The notes beneath the pieces are model-generated. The model ran no database searches. It was given only the letters and a program-made list of their open reading frames with translations, and was not told the origin of the DNA. A DNA stretch of 64,000 nt from Eledone cirrhosa (Eukaryota), in the NCBI GenBank assembly GCA_964016885.1, contig OZ024743.1:77748001-77812000 (forward strand). Direction: 5' to 3'. Of the stretch, positions 12,013 through 26,220 are shown in pieces; the stretch's first letter is position 1, and each line of letters starts with the position of its first letter. Made by a program: the position numbers and the translations under genes.

Positions 12013-13560
12013 TATCATCATCATCATCATCATCACCGTTTTACGTCCGTTCTTCCACGCTAGCATGGGTTAGAGGGGTTGTCCTGTTGTGGGCAGTGTC
12101 TGGTCGGCTGACCATGCCTTGCTCATACAGGAACTGATCTGGCTTGATTTCTACAGCTGGATGCCCTTCCTAACACCAACCTCATTTACAGTGAGTGCTG
12201 GGTGCTTTTTCGTGGCGCCTACACGTCCACTTTACAGTGTGGGCTGGGTGCTTTTTTGCCGTGGCACCTCCACGACCACCTTGCGGTGGGGGGGGGGGGG
12301 CATATTGTTTATATGCTTCAGCATGTACCCATGGGAGGTCGGGTACCCTGTATTACTGCGTGACGCCAGAAGTCACGGTCGTGTGTCATTGACTTTGAGA
12401 GGTGTAGTTGGGTAAGGTCGGCTTTTATCACCTCATCCCAAGTCATCTTGGGTCTCCCCACTCCGCGGTTTCCATCAACTTCTAGTGCTCTGCACCTTTT
12501 TATGCAGCTGTCATCCTTCATACGCATCACATGTCCATACCAGCGTAACCGCCTCTCCTGCACGCAGCATTTGATTCCTCTTATGCTCAGTCTCTCTCTC
12601 AATTCATTTATGCTTTGTCGTTCACGTATATTACTGTTACACATCCATCGGAGCATGCAGGCTTCGTTTCTCTCTAATCTACGTAAGTCTTCCACCTTCA
12701 GCGCCCAGGTCTCACTACCATGCAACATCGCTGTTCGGATACACGCATCATACAGTCTGCCTTTCATTCTGAGGGAGAAGCCTTTTGCAGCTAGCAGTGG
12801 TAGTAGTTCCCTAAACTTCTTCCATCCCGTTCTTACCCTAGTTATTGTACTTTCTGAGCACCCACCTCCGTTGCTAATTCGGTCACCTAGGTAGCAGAAG
12901 CTGTCTACTGTTTCTACAGGGCCCTCCCAGAGATTGGTGGTACTTGTTTCCTGTGGCTGTTTGCTTGCTGTTTCAGCACAGCTGCTGCATGTGAATCCTA
13001 CATTCTTAATTAAGCTTCCTGAGATCCCGCTACATCTCTTGTGTACCCATTGTTTGCATTTGGGGCAAAGAATGGAGTTCCTACCTACACCTTTCCTACA
13101 TACTGAGCAAGGCCATTTCCCTGAGGGGATCTGGGTTCTGTTTTCTCGTCTACTTATAAGGACCTTAGTCTTTGTCATGTTGACTTTGAGGCCCTTTCTC
13201 TCTAGTCCCTGCTTCCAGGTTTGGAATTTATTCTCTAGTTCTACCATAGATTCAGCTATGAGTGCGAGGTCATCAGCATACAGGAGTTCCCATGGGCATC
13301 CGGTCTTAAACTCCTCCGTTATTGCCTGCAGGACTATGATGAACAGGAGAGGGCTAAGAACAGAGCCCTGGTGGACCCCAACCTGTACGCTAAATTCCTC
13401 GCTATACTCATTGCCAATCCTAACTTTGCTGACTGCTCCCCTATACATGGCTTGTACCGCTTTCACAAGCCATTCATCTACTCCTAGTTTTCTAAGAGCC
13501 CACCAGATTACTGCACGTGGAACTCTGTCAAAGGCTTTCTCAAGGTCGACAAATGCCAAT
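12013..13560 (-). mobile_element. Young 5'-truncated RTE LINE, specific to unit 1; open frame to the stop at 12318
   Basis: [25 protein letters not shown]-like finger, RLRWYGH; (GAT)n tail; inside the TATG microsatellite and absent from other units. Confidence 0.92.
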
Positions 13561-13659
13561 ATATATATATATATATGTATGTATGTATGTATCTCTGTAT
13601 ATATATATATATATGTATGTATGTATGTATCTCTATGTATGTATGCATCTCTATGTATG

Positions 13660-13692
<33 letters not shown>

Positions 13693-13711
13693 GTATGCAT
13701 CTCTATGTATG

Positions 13712-13742
<31 letters not shown>

Positions 13743-13829
13743 GTATGCATCTCTGTGTATATATATGTATATATATATCTATATGTGTGTGTATGTATGT
13801 ATCAATTCCTTCTCTCCTATTTGTTTCAG

Positions 13830-13904
13830 CAGATAATGGACTTCTGCAACCAAATAGTTCTCTGAACCAGCAGGAACTCGGAGGAATGGAGTTAGATAAT
13901 AGAG
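13830..13904 (+). CDS. Candidate internal host exon, copy 1
   Basis: Same sequence and splice signals as 2155-2229. Confidence 0.55.
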
Positions 13905-14228
13905 GTAAGTATCAAAAATGTTATAATGTTCTATCAAATTTGAAGTGTATATGGCTGTGTATATATAAATATATATGCAGAGGTTATATTTAATTTGTTG
14001 GTATTCAACAAGCTTTAAAATGTTATCACTAACCAGGAAGCTCCAACCGTTAAGGTTGTCTTTTTTTCTGGCTATGTGAATATTTATTTCTAAAACAAAT
14101 CTGTATTTTATCTGATGAAAGCGCACCAAAATATGCCTTGGTTGCCCTTGAAATATGTATAATAAAATAAATATGGTTTTATAAATATAGTTTCCATTTA
14201 TTAATATATTGTATAAAAATATATATAT

Positions 14229-14260
<32 letters not shown>

Positions 14261-14305
14261 TGTATGTATGTATGTATGTTATCTCTTTCTCTTAATTTCG
14301 AGTAT

Positions 14306-15689
14306 ATTTTTTTTTTGACCGGCCACCTTCCAGTTGGCAAGGTTGTAAAAGAAACGAAATTGTCATCCCTTGAATTGCAAGAATGTTATGCAAATTTTGA
14401 AGGTGCCAGCTATTGCAGCCATTTGTAGACTATGAATTAGGGAGCTGCGCTTTTTGTCCGCAAATCCAAGTTAAGTCATACTTTGGTCCAAGCGGGTTGG
14501 TATATAACCCGTAGCTCCAATAATGATGGGTATGAAGCTAAAGGTGTATCTTGGATACTGGATTTGTAAACTCCTCATCAATGGTCCGTAGATGTCCTCC
14601 TGTATTTTTCTGACAACGTTTACATCAAGTGGGCAGCTGATCTCCACAACAGAACACGTTTTCAATGTGTGGTCCCAAACAACAATATCAGGCCGGTTGT
14701 GCTTTAATTTGGTGGCAGTTTTTTTTTTTCAGGTTCCACCAGTATTCCTTAGTGCCATTTGTCTCAATATATTCTTCCTCGTTTGTTGTTAATTTTGTTT
14801 TCCGAAGTGCGTTCCAGATGGTTCTAGCTATCCCATCGTGTCTCATGGGGAGGTAGTAGCGAGATGATATCCTTTCGCAGCTGGCAACAATGTGACTTAC
14901 ATCCTCGATCTTTGTTTTACATAGCCTACATTTATTGTCAGCTGCTGGCCCTCCTTTTTGTGCAGCAGATATTTGGGAGGAGTTCTTGTTCCTGTATTGC
15001 ATAGAGATATCCCTCAAGGTGTGATGTCATAAACTTGTCGGAACTCCATGCCAGGCTTTTTGAGTGGTTTATCCCCTCTATGGTCTGTGTTTTACGCCTC
15101 AAGTATCCATGCACAACTTTTTCTGTAAATTGGTCAATTTTTTTATCTTGTTTGAACATTGAATAGGATCTTCCGATTTCTCTGGGTGAGAGATTTATAT
15201 CAGGCTTTATTCCATATCTCTCCTCCAGATCAGTCGCTATTCTAATGATATTTTTTTTTTTCATGTTCTTAAACCTGAGCAAGATGGTTGCCAACCTTTT
15301 TCCTCTGTTGAAGGTGTTGCTTCAGTGTTACTATCCGGGTCTCATATGTTGTTAATATTTTAGACCCCGGCCCCTTCCTTGCGGGAGAAGTATAGCCTAT
15401 CCATATCACCATTGATGTTAAAGTTCCCAGTAACACTGAGAAGTTTTTGAGTTCTAACATCCATCTCACTTAGTTCTTGCAATGACCAGTTCAGCAGGAC
15501 AAATGTTGGCGTTAGAATTGGTACAGCATAAGTATTGTGGGCAATGTATTTGTTGTATGCTGACAGTTCTGATGACCATATTTTCTTTACTCTTCTGAGG
15601 TATTCAGTTCTGGTTCTCTCCTTATTTATGGGTCCATCATATCTGACATTCTCATCCTGTCCAAGATATCTGTAGTTGTCATCTCTAGA
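14306..15689 (-). pseudogene. R4/Dong-like LINE fragment, copy 1
   Basis: Duplicate of 2635-4017 with an extra 1-nt frameshift in a poly-T run near 14720. Confidence 0.8.
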
Positions 15690-15893
15690 TTTCTAGAGGA
15701 GAGCACAGCCTCTAGACAAACAGTTCATAAAAGACATACCTCGATGATTATATATACGTCAGAACTAAGGGCAGTTAATAGTCTGTTTTTAAAGCCAGAC
15801 ACCAGGTGGCGTCATCTTGCTACAATAGTTTCAAGCTAATTTGTTGTTAAAATGTAAATAATTCTAAATAGACTATGAAATAAGTAATATAAT

Positions 15894-16081
15894 TGTTTCT
15901 ACTTTTGGCACAAGACCAGCAATTACCCAGTGCATTACTGGTACTTTATTTTATCGACCCCGTAAGGATGAAAGGCAAAGCTAACCTTGGCCGGATTTGA
16001 ATTCAGACCATAAAGGGCCGTAACTCTTTACTGCAAAGCATTGCGTCTGACACTCTACCGATACTGCCAATCCACCGCCCT
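15894..16081 (-). mobile_element. SINE, copy 1
   Basis: Duplicate of 4222-4409. Confidence 0.7.
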
Positions 16082-16941
16082 TGAAATAAGTAATATAATA
16101 TTTCTTTATTATAACTTTAACATCTATCTTAAATTTTAAATAGTATCTAAGTGAATTAAATGTAACATAAAATGATAAAATAGGCTACAATATATACCTC
16201 TTTTCCTTTGAACTAATTGATTAATCCGGTAATATGATACCCTAGCCAGTTAAAACAAATAGCAACGCCAACTGCTAAATATTTTTCCACTCGTATAATA
16301 TCAACTAAAATACAATTATAAATATAAACTAAGATAAATTGGCTACGAAATTAGTAATTAAAATTTTCTTTAATAGTTACATTATAACTTCAGCATCTTT
16401 AAATAAATATCTAAAATTTTGAAAGTTTTTCGATATAGTATCTAATTTAATCTAACATAAGTGATAAATAAATAAACTAACGGTCCATACTTGCTTTCTT
16501 TTGATCTATTTGACCAATCTGGTAACCTCATACTCTAGCCAGTTCAAAAACACCAACACCAACTGTAATATTTTTCCCACTCATATAATATCTTCTGTGA
16601 CGATGTTTTTTCCTAGCATATGCTTGCCGGTCACCAAACTAAATAGCTTGTCTCAGACCGCCTGCATATCAAATGATATCTACATCTCCTGTGGATTTTA
16701 TCTGACGAGAACATGTTTCGACTTAAATATAAGCCATACACCTTCGAAATACGTATAATAAAATAAATAGGGACGGGCTAAAGTAACTGTTTTTTTTTGT
16801 TTATTATCATACACAATGTTTAAGCAGGTAATTAAAATCCTAGTCTTCAGAACATTTATATAGATACATAACTATTGACTGTGTCAGTGACATCATATAA
16901 AAAAGTAGGAGTTGCAAAAAGATATGCTACAGGATTTACAC

Positions 16942-16975
<34 letters not shown>

Positions 16976-16982
16976 AGATATG

Positions 16983-18432
16983 TATCATCATCATCATCAT
17001 CACCACTGTTTTACGTACGTTCTTCCACACTAGCATGGGTTAGACGGGTTGTCCTGTTGTGGGCAGTGTCTGGTCGGCTGACCATGCCTTGCTCATACAG
17101 GAACTGATTTGGCTTGATTTCTACAGCTGGATGCCCTTCCTAACACCAACCTCATTTACAGTGAGTGCTGGGTGCTTTTTTGTGGCACCTCCACGACCAC
17201 CTTGCGGTGGGGGGTGTGGGGGCATATTGTCTATATGCTTCAGCTTGTACCCATGGGAGGTTGGGTACTCTGTATTACTGTGTGACGCCAGAGGTCACGG
17301 TCGTTTGTCATTACCTTTGAGAGGTGCAATTGGGTAAGGTCGGCTTTTATCACCTCATCCCAGGTCATCTTGGGTCTCCCCACTCCGCGGTTTCCATCGA
17401 CTTCTAGTGCTCTGCACCTTTTTATGCAGCTGTCATCCTTCATACGCATCACATGTCCATACCAGCGCAACCGCCTCTCCTGCACACAGCATTTGATTCC
17501 TCTTATGCTCAGTCTCTCTCTCAATTCATTTATGCTTTGTCGTTCGCGTATATTACTATTACACATCCATCGGAGCATGCAGGCTTCGTTTCTCTCTAAT
17601 CTACGTAAGTCTTCCACCTTCAGCGCCCAGGTCTCACTACCATGCAACATCGCTGTCCGGATACACGCATCATACAGTCTGCCTTTCATTTTGAGGGAGA
17701 AGCCTTTTGCAGCTAGCAGTGGTAGTCGTTCCCTAAACTTCTTCCATCCCGTTCTTACCCTAGTTATTGTACTTTCTGAACACCCACTTCCGCTGCTAAT
17801 TCGGTCACCTAGGTAGCAGAAGCTGTCTACTGTTTCTACAGAGCCCTCCCAGAGATTAGTGGTACTTATTTCCTGTGGCTGTTTGCTGCTTGCTGTCCCA
17901 GCACAGCTGCTGCATGTGAAGCCTACATTCTTAATTAAGATTCCTGAGATCCCGCTACATCTCTTGTGTACCCATTGATTGCATTTGGGGCAGAGAATGG
18001 AGTTCCTACCTACACCTTTCCTACATACTGAGAAAGGCCAATTCCCTGAGGGGGATCTGGGTTCTGTTTTCTCGTCTACTTACAAAGACATTAGTCTGTC
18101 ATGTTGTCTTTGAGACCCTTTCTTTCTAGTCCCTGCTTCCAAGTTTGGAATTTCTTCTCTAGTTCTACCATAGATTCAGCTATAAGTGCGAGGTCATCAG
18201 CATACAGGAGTTCCCATGGGCATCCGGTCTTAAACTCCTCCATTATTGCCTACAGGACTATGATGAACAGGAGAGGGCTAAGAACAGAGCCCTGGTGGAC
18301 ACCAACCTGTACGCTAAATTCCTCGCTATACTCATTGCTAATCCTGACTTTGCTGACTGCTCCCCTATACATGGCTTGTACAGCTTTCACGAGCCATTCA
18401 TCTACTCCTAGTTTTCTAAGAGCCCACCAGAT
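16983..18432 (-). mobile_element. 5'-truncated RTE LINE, copy 1
   Basis: Duplicate of 5311-6760. Confidence 0.9.
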
Positions 18433-19010
18433 ATATGTATATATATGTGGTTGGTGTTAGGAAGGGCATCCAGCTGTAGAAAACCCGCCAGACAGTCCTA
18501 TGCGAGCAAGACAATCACTCTTGCCTCAAGTGGGAAAACTCCCGTCCAAACCCATGCAAGCGTGGAACACGGACGTTAAACGATGATGATGATGATGATG
18601 ATGATGTATGTCTATGTATGTCTATGTATAAGGGTATAAGAGGGATAAGTTGTGGTGTGCAGGAGACAAGGCTGAGATGGTATGGACATGTGATGCGCAT
18701 GGAAGACGACCGCTGGGTAAAGAAGTGCCAAGAAATCCCAGTAGAAGGAAGACGCAGTAGAGGAAGACCACAAAAAACATGGGCGGAGGTGGCGAGAGTA
18801 AACCTCAGATCGCTAAGCTCACGGAGGAGATGACGAAGGACCGTGACAAGTGGAGAGATGCTGTACCCGTCTTCATATCTTTGATTGCCTTACTTATTAT
18901 ACTACCCTCGACTAACACTGCTGGTCCCTCTATTGGGTCGATGTATATATATATATATATATGTATTAAGAGAGTAAAACAAAGAATCCTTTAATACATC
19001 AAAAGTTTTT

Positions 19011-19055
19011 ATTAGCCAACAATGTTTCGTCCTATTAAGGACTCATCAGGGCAAT
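19011..19055 (-). ncRNA. Type I hammerhead ribozyme
   Basis: Same sequence as 7339-7383. Confidence 0.85.
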
Positions 19056-19382
19056 CAAAACAACAAGAGGTAATTTCGGCAGATACAAGCCAGAAACTCT
19101 GAAGAATATGGAGTTTACATACACTAATGTCTTACAAAGATATACGATAATAAAAATGAAGATAAAAATAATAAAATTATAATAACTAAGGATGTAGATA
19201 ACATTAAGAACCATATTACAAATATAGTCCAAAGTCACCAACTTAAATCTAAACAAATTTGGTTATATAGAGCAGGAATTATATATAACACAGTATAATA
19301 CATTATAATAATAATATATCTATACCAACACTGAAATTCCAAATCAAAAATCAAAAGGTACAATATATACATGTATATATGT

Positions 19383-19416
<34 letters not shown>

Positions 19417-20411
19417 TACAATACACATATCTATTTTCTATTACACAGAAATTAAGCCCTATTGGAAGTTTGAACATCAAAAATATCAAAAATAAGCATG
19501 GTAATAGTGAAAATAATGCTAATACATCTACCCAATATACATGAGGCAATAATTACAAGAAACACTTATAATAAATAATAAACAACAAAATTATATAATA
19601 CAATACAATATAATAAAGTAGAATATATATAATCTCCGGTTAATTTACAGAAACAATATAGATGTTACAGTGAAATACAATGATAAGTTGTTAACATTAT
19701 ATTAACAATTACCATAATCAATATGTACAACATGATTCATACTGGGTTACATAATAAATGGGGAAATATCAATCATATAATATAATACAATAATACTCAA
19801 AAAAACTATATTGGTACAGGGAACAATTATGATGTTACAGAAAAAATATGTTGTTACAGAAAAAATATAGACATCTAACATGATATGTAAAGTCTAAATA
19901 CCATAATGTTACATATTACAATATTAAAATATTAAAATATTAAAATATTAAAAAAATATAAAGTTTAACTATCTTAATGTTATATATAATAAACGGTAAG
20001 TAATAAGGATCTATTTCATAATGTAATATATTTTAAAAATTGGCATATAATATATAAATAAATACTTATAATTTCAAGGTTAGTAGACAGACATGTGTGG
20101 ATGAGTGAACGAAGCCAGACAGTGAGTAGTAAATAAAACAGATAAATACAATCAACCGGAAATTACAAAACAAAGCAAATGTATACACACTTAGGCCTCG
20201 CGTGCATTAAGAAATTTGGTAAACACCAAGGAAAACGATCATTTTAAATGACTCCAAACCCTATCTGATAAATTAATATTAAAAATATCAAACCCGTCCG
20301 ATAAGGTAGTATAAAATTAGCTATAGTCTAAGTCATTAAAGTATATAAACTTTTAATATAAACTATAAGATATAATGCGCTAGAGAGGTAGAATTCTTAA
20401 ACCTAATATGT

Positions 20412-21437
20412 TTGGCTGGATCTTGTTCTAGTAATGTTGCTCCTACTGATCCTATCATTGGCCTTAATCCTCTTGTAGGGATTCTGGACAACAGTGGATC
20501 TACTAGAGGTAGAAACTATAATAGGCATAATGTAATTATGGCTGATTCTATGAATGCGGCTTCAAATATTCCCGATAGTAACCCTAGTCTCGACGGTGGG
20601 ACTTTTGATAGAGGTAGGGTCGATAAGAATAAAAATAAAAATAGAAGGCGATTGAATACTTATTTCAACCCGCCATATAACCAGGATGTATCAACTAATA
20701 TCCCTAGGTCTTTCTTCACTATCCTGGAGAAAAATGTCCCCCCTTCTCACAAATACCATGGTATTTTTAATAAAAATGTTATTAAACTATCATTCTCTAC
20801 CACCCCTAATATTAGTTCTCATTTAGCTAGCACTAATAATAGGAAGATTAGGGATGGATTCTCCTCTCTGCAGACTAATAGTCTGAATGCATCGGAAAAT
20901 GCTTTACCACCAGAACAGTCCTTATCTAATAGAGGTCCTAAGTGCAATACATCACCACTCGAGCCAACCAATAACACCCGGAAGTGCAATTGTAGAGTGA
21001 GTGCTAACTGCCCTCTAAACGGTAACTGCCTTTCTAAGAACATTGTCTATGCTTGCGAGGTTATAACTAATTCCTCTAAAGGAACATATATAGGATCTAC
21101 TTCAAACACTTTTAAGACTAGGTTTAACTCTCATATCTCTAACTTCAAACATATTAGGTTTAAGAATTCTACCTCTCTAGCGCATTATATCTGGGATCTT
21201 AAGGGAGCTTGTATACCATATAGCCTTAACTGGAGTTTAGTAGCACGATCTAACCACCTTTCTGCACATAGTAAGTTTTGTAATTTCTGTATACTTGAGA
21301 CACACTCTATTATTTTCTCTAGCGTACCCTTACTGAATAGAAAGTCTGAGATATTCTCTTCTTGCCCCCATGCCATCTCTAATTCTTACTTTTATTATAA
21401 ACCCAAATGTTCTAGTAGTACAAATTGTACCCATTAG
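20412..21437 (+). CDS. Naiad GIY-YIG endonuclease ORF, copy 2
   Basis: Protein identical to 8748-9773. Confidence 0.85.
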   Translation: MAGSCSSNVAPTDPIIGLNPLVGILDNSGSTRGRNYNRHNVIMADSMNAASNIPDSNPSLDGGTFDRGRVDKNKNKNRRRLNTYFNPPYNQDVSTNIPRSFFTILEKNVPPSHKYHGIFNKNVIKLSFSTTPNISSHLASTNNRKIRDGFSSLQTNSLNASENALPPEQSLSNRGPKCNTSPLEPTNNTRKCNCRVSANCPLNGNCLSKNIVYACEVITNSSKGTYIGSTSNTFKTRFNSHISNFKHIRFKNSTSLAHYIWDLKGACIPYSLNWSLVARSNHLSAHSKFCNFCILETHSIIFSSVPLLNRKSEIFSSCPHAISNSYFYYKPKCSSSTNCTH

Positions 21438-22924
21438 CAGATATATTCCATTACTTAGTTTTTTGTTTGGGTTCTTTTGTTTGCCAGCATTAATGTTATC
21501 ATTGGTTTTTGATGACTCTTCATTCTAGATCTCATAATCATTTGGCCACTGTACCATATCTATGTCTTCACTATTACACCTTGTTAGTATACATAAGATT
21601 ACACACGTTATTATCTTTATATATTCTTTTATTATCATTAACTTTAATTTTTAATTTTAACTTTATTTTTAATTCTATTTATATTTTTATTTCTAAGTCT
21701 ATTCTGATTTATCTATCGATCCCCCCCCCCCCATGCACGCATAAACTTATTGTCAACCCCTCTAGATTGAATATGATTATATTAAACCCCCCCCTCTTTT
21801 ATGCTCTGTTCTATTATTTATTATAGTATATCAAATATATTTTATGCCACTTTGCACCCTCCATATATTTTGTCAATTCCGTCCCCATTAGCCTACCTTA
21901 ACTCTACTTAAGTCAGTTTTTTAGATATCGTTGCGTGTATGATAGTGTAATTTTATTCCTTTTTGTAAACATTTGTAACGATACATTAAAGTTTATATAC
22001 TTTAATGACTTAGACTATAGCTAATTTTATACTACCTTATCGGACGGGTTTGATATTTTTAATATTAATTTATCAGATAGGGTTTGGAGTCATTTAAAAT
22101 GATCGTTTTCCTTGGTGTTTACCAAATTTCTTAATGCACGCGAGGCCTAAGTGTGTATACATTTGCTTTGTTTTGTAATTTCCGGTTGATTGTATTTATC
22201 TGTTTTATTTACTACTCACTGTCTGGCTTCGTTCACTCATCCACACATGTCTGTCTACTAACCTTGAAATTATAAGTATTTATTTATATATTATATGCCA
22301 ATTTTTAAAATATATTACATTATGAAATAGATCCTTATTACTTACCGTTTATTATATATAACATTAAGATAGTTAAACTTTATATTTTTTTAATATTTTA
22401 ATATTTTAATATTTTAATATTGTAATATGTAACATTATGGTATTTAGACTTTACATATCATGTTAGATGTCTGTATTTTTTCTGTAACAACATATTTTTT
22501 CTGTAACATCATAATTGTTCCCTGTACCAATATAGTTTTTTTGAGTATTATTGTATTATATTATATGATTGATATTTCCCCATTTATTATGTAACCCAGT
22601 ATGAATCATGTTGTACGTATTGATTATGGTAATTGTTAATATAATGTTAACAACTTATCATTGTATTTCACTGTAACATCTATATTGTTTCTGTAAATTA
22701 ACCGGAGATTATATATATTCTACTTTATTATATTGTATTGTATTATATAATTTTGTTGTTTATTATTTATTATAAGTGTTTCTTGTAATTATTGCCTCAT
22801 GTATATTGGGTAGATGTATTAGCATTATTTTCACTATTACCATGCTTATTTTTGATATTTTTGATGTTCAAACTTCCAATAGGGCTTAATTTCTGTGTAA
22901 TAGAAAATAGATATGTGTATTGTA

Positions 22925-22958
<34 letters not shown>

Positions 22959-23285
22959 ACATATATACATGTATATATTGTACCTTTTGATTTTTGATTT
23001 GGAATTTCAGTGTTGGTATAGATATATTATTATTATAATGTATTATACTGTGTTATATATAATTCCTGCTCTATATAACCAAATTTGTTTAGATTTAAGT
23101 TGGTGACTTTGGACTATATTTGTAATATGGTTCTTAATGTTATCTACATCATTAGTTATTATAATTTTATTATTTTTATCTTCATTTTTATTATCGTATA
23201 TCTTTGTAAGACATTAGTGTATGTAAACTCCATATTCTTCAGAGTTTCTGGCTTGTATCTGCCGAAATTACCTCTTGTTGTTTTG

Positions 23286-23330
23286 ATTGCCCTGATGAGT
23301 CCTTAATAGGATGAAACATTGTCGGCTAAT
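23286..23330 (+). ncRNA. Type I hammerhead ribozyme
   Basis: Same sequence as 1496-1540. Confidence 0.85.
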
Positions 23331-23678
23331 AAAAACTTTTGATGTATTAAAGGATTCTTTGTTTTACTCTCTTAATTTTTCGGCTCTGTTTAACTGCATT
23401 GAGCTATACCTTTTACTGTCATTTCTATAATACGAAGAGGGTGTTTGACTCAAACACGCTCCAGTATTCTAATCCTTATATATATATGTATGTATGTATG
23501 TATGTATCTCTATGTATATATATATATATGTATGTATGTATGTATCTCTATGTATATATATATATATGTATGTATGTATCTCTATGTATATATATATATA
23601 TATGTATGTATGTATGTATCTCTATGTATATATATATATATATGTATGTATGTATGTATCTCTATGTATATATATATA

Positions 23679-24099
23679 CAAGACAATGTCACTGGACCGA
23701 GACCTTTGGCGGTACTCAGTAACAGAGAAGACCCGCCTTGCCAGTAGGCATCTCTAACAAAATACACCCCGTCCCACCACCACCACCCCCACCCCATCCA
23801 CACCACCCCGTCCTATGTAAAGTTATGTTGGTCGAAACAAATGAGATCGTGTAGGTGTCACGACAAAAAAACACACAGTCCACGCTGTAATGTGGCCGTG
23901 TAGGCAACACGGTAAAAACCTCCCAGACCCACACTGTAAATGTGGTTGGTGTTAGGAAGGGCATCCAACTGTAGAAAACCTGCCAGACAGTCCTATGCGA
24001 GCAAGACAATCACTCTTGCCTCAAGTGGGACTACCCCCGTCCAAACCCATGCAAGCGTGGAACACGGACGTTAAACGTTGATGATGATGATGATGATGA
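23679..24099 (+). mobile_element. Short RTE 3' fragment specific to unit 2
   Basis: [20 protein letters not shown] plus 3' UTR and (GAT)n; close to 45038-45500 with internal deletions. Confidence 0.88.
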
Positions 24100-24125
24100 T
24101 ATATGTATGTATGTATGTATCTCTG

Positions 24126-24156
<31 letters not shown>

Positions 24157-24189
24157 GTATCTCTATGTATGTATGCATCTCTATGTATG

Positions 24190-24224
<35 letters not shown>

Positions 24225-24243
24225 GTATGCATCTCTATGTATG

Positions 24244-24274
<31 letters not shown>

Positions 24275-24361
24275 GTATGCATCTCTGTGTATATATATGT
24301 ATATATATATCTATATGTGTGTGTATGTATGTATCAATTCCTTCTCTCCTATTTGTTTCAG

Positions 24362-24436
24362 CAGATAATGGACTTCTGCAACCAAATAGTTCTCTGAACC
24401 AGCAGGAACTCGGAGGAATGGAGTTAGATAATAGAG
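24362..24436 (+). CDS. Candidate internal host exon, copy 2
   Basis: Same sequence and splice signals as 2155-2229. Confidence 0.55.
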
Positions 24437-24760
24437 GTAAGTATCAAAAATGTTATAATGTTCTATCAAATTTGAAGTGTATATGGCTGTGTATATATAA
24501 ATATATATGCAGAGGTTATATTTAATTTGTTGGTATTCAACAAGCTTTAAAATGTTATCACTAACCAGGAAGCTCCAACCGTTAAGGTTGTCTTTTTTTC
24601 TGGCTATGTGAATATTTATTTCTAAAACAAATCTGTATTTTATCTGATGAAAGCGCACCAAAATATGCCTTGGTTGCCCTTGAAATATGTATAATAAAAT
24701 AAATATGGTTTTATAAATATAGTTTCCATTTATTAATATATTGTATAAAAATATATATAT

Positions 24761-24792
<32 letters not shown>

Positions 24793-24837
24793 TGTATGTA
24801 TGTATGTATGTTATCTCTTTCTCTTAATTTCGAGTAT

Positions 24838-26220
24838 ATTTTTTTTTTGACCGGCCACCTTCCAGTTGGCAAGGTTGTAAAAGAAACGAAATTGTCATCC
24901 CTTGAATTGCAAGAATGTTATGCAAATTTTGAAGGTGCCAGCTATTGCAGCCATTTGTAGACTATGAATTAGGGAGCTGCGCTTTTTGTCCGCAAATCCA
25001 AGTTAAGTCATACTTTGGTCCAAGCGGGTTGGTATATAACCCGTAGCTCCAATAATGATGGGTATGAAGCTAAAGGTGTATCTTGGATACTGGATTTGTA
25101 AACTCCTCATCAATGGTCCGTAGATGTCCTCCTGTATTTTTCTGACAACGTTTACATCAAGTGGGCAGCTGATCTCCACAACAGAACACGTTTTCAATGT
25201 GTGGTCCCAAACAACAATATCAGGCCGGTTGTGCTTTAATTTGGTGGCAGTTTTTTTTTTCAGGTTCCACCAGTATTCCTTAGTGCCATTTGTCTCAATA
25301 TATTCTTCCTCGTTTGTTGTTAATTTTGTTTTCCGAAGTGCGTTCCAGATGGTTCTAGCTATCCCATCGTGTCTCATGGGGAGGTAGTAGCGAGATGATA
25401 TCCTTTCGCAGCTGGCAACAATGTGACTTACATCCTCGATCTTTGTTTTACATAGCCTACATTTATTGTCAGCTGCTGGCCCTCCTTTTTGTGCAGCAGA
25501 TATTTGGGAGGAGTTCTTGTTCCTGTATTGCATAGAGATATCCCTCAAGGTGTGATGTCATAAACTTGTCGGAACTCCATGCCAGGCTTTTTGAGTGGTT
25601 TATCCCCTCTATGGTCTGTGTTTTACGCCTCAAGTATCCATGCACAACTTTTTCTGTAAATTGGTCAATTTTTTTATCTTGTTTGAACATTGAATAGGAT
25701 CTTCCGATTTCTCTGGGTGAGAGATTTATATCAGGCTTTATTCCATATCTCTCCTCCAGATCAGTCGCTATTCTAATGATATTTTTTTTTTTCATGTTCT
25801 TAAACCTGAGCAAGATGGTTGCCAACCTTTTTCCTCTGTTGAAGGTGTTGCTTCAGTGTTACTATCCGGGTCTCATATGTTGTTAATATTTTAGACCCCG
25901 GCCCCTTCCTTGCGGGAGAAGTATAGCCTATCCATATCACCATTGATGTTAAAGTTCCCAGTAACACTGAGAAGTTTTTGAGTTCTAACATCCATCTCAC
26001 TTAGTTCTTGCAATGACCAGTTCAGCAGGACAAATGTTGGCGTTAGAATTGGTACAGCATAAGTATTGTGGGCAATGTATTTGTTGTATGCTGACAGTTC
26101 TGATGACCATATTTTCTTTACTCTTCTGAGGTATTCAGTTCTGGTTCTCTCCTTATTTATGGGTCCATCATATCTGACATTCTCATCCTGTCCAAGATAT
26201 CTGTAGTTGTCATCTCTAGA
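24838..26220 (-). pseudogene. R4/Dong-like LINE fragment, copy 2
   Basis: Duplicate of 2635-4017. Confidence 0.8.

Larger units (their letters stand above)
7193..18864 (+). repeat. Segmental tandem duplication unit 1 (~11.67 kb)
   Basis: ORFs recur with identical or near-identical translations; junction gatgctgt|acccgtcttc at 7193 and 18865. Confidence 0.9.
18965..23477 (+). mobile_element. Naiad-type PLE with inverted pseudo-LTR, copy 2
   Basis: Duplicate of 7293-11817. Confidence 0.88.
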
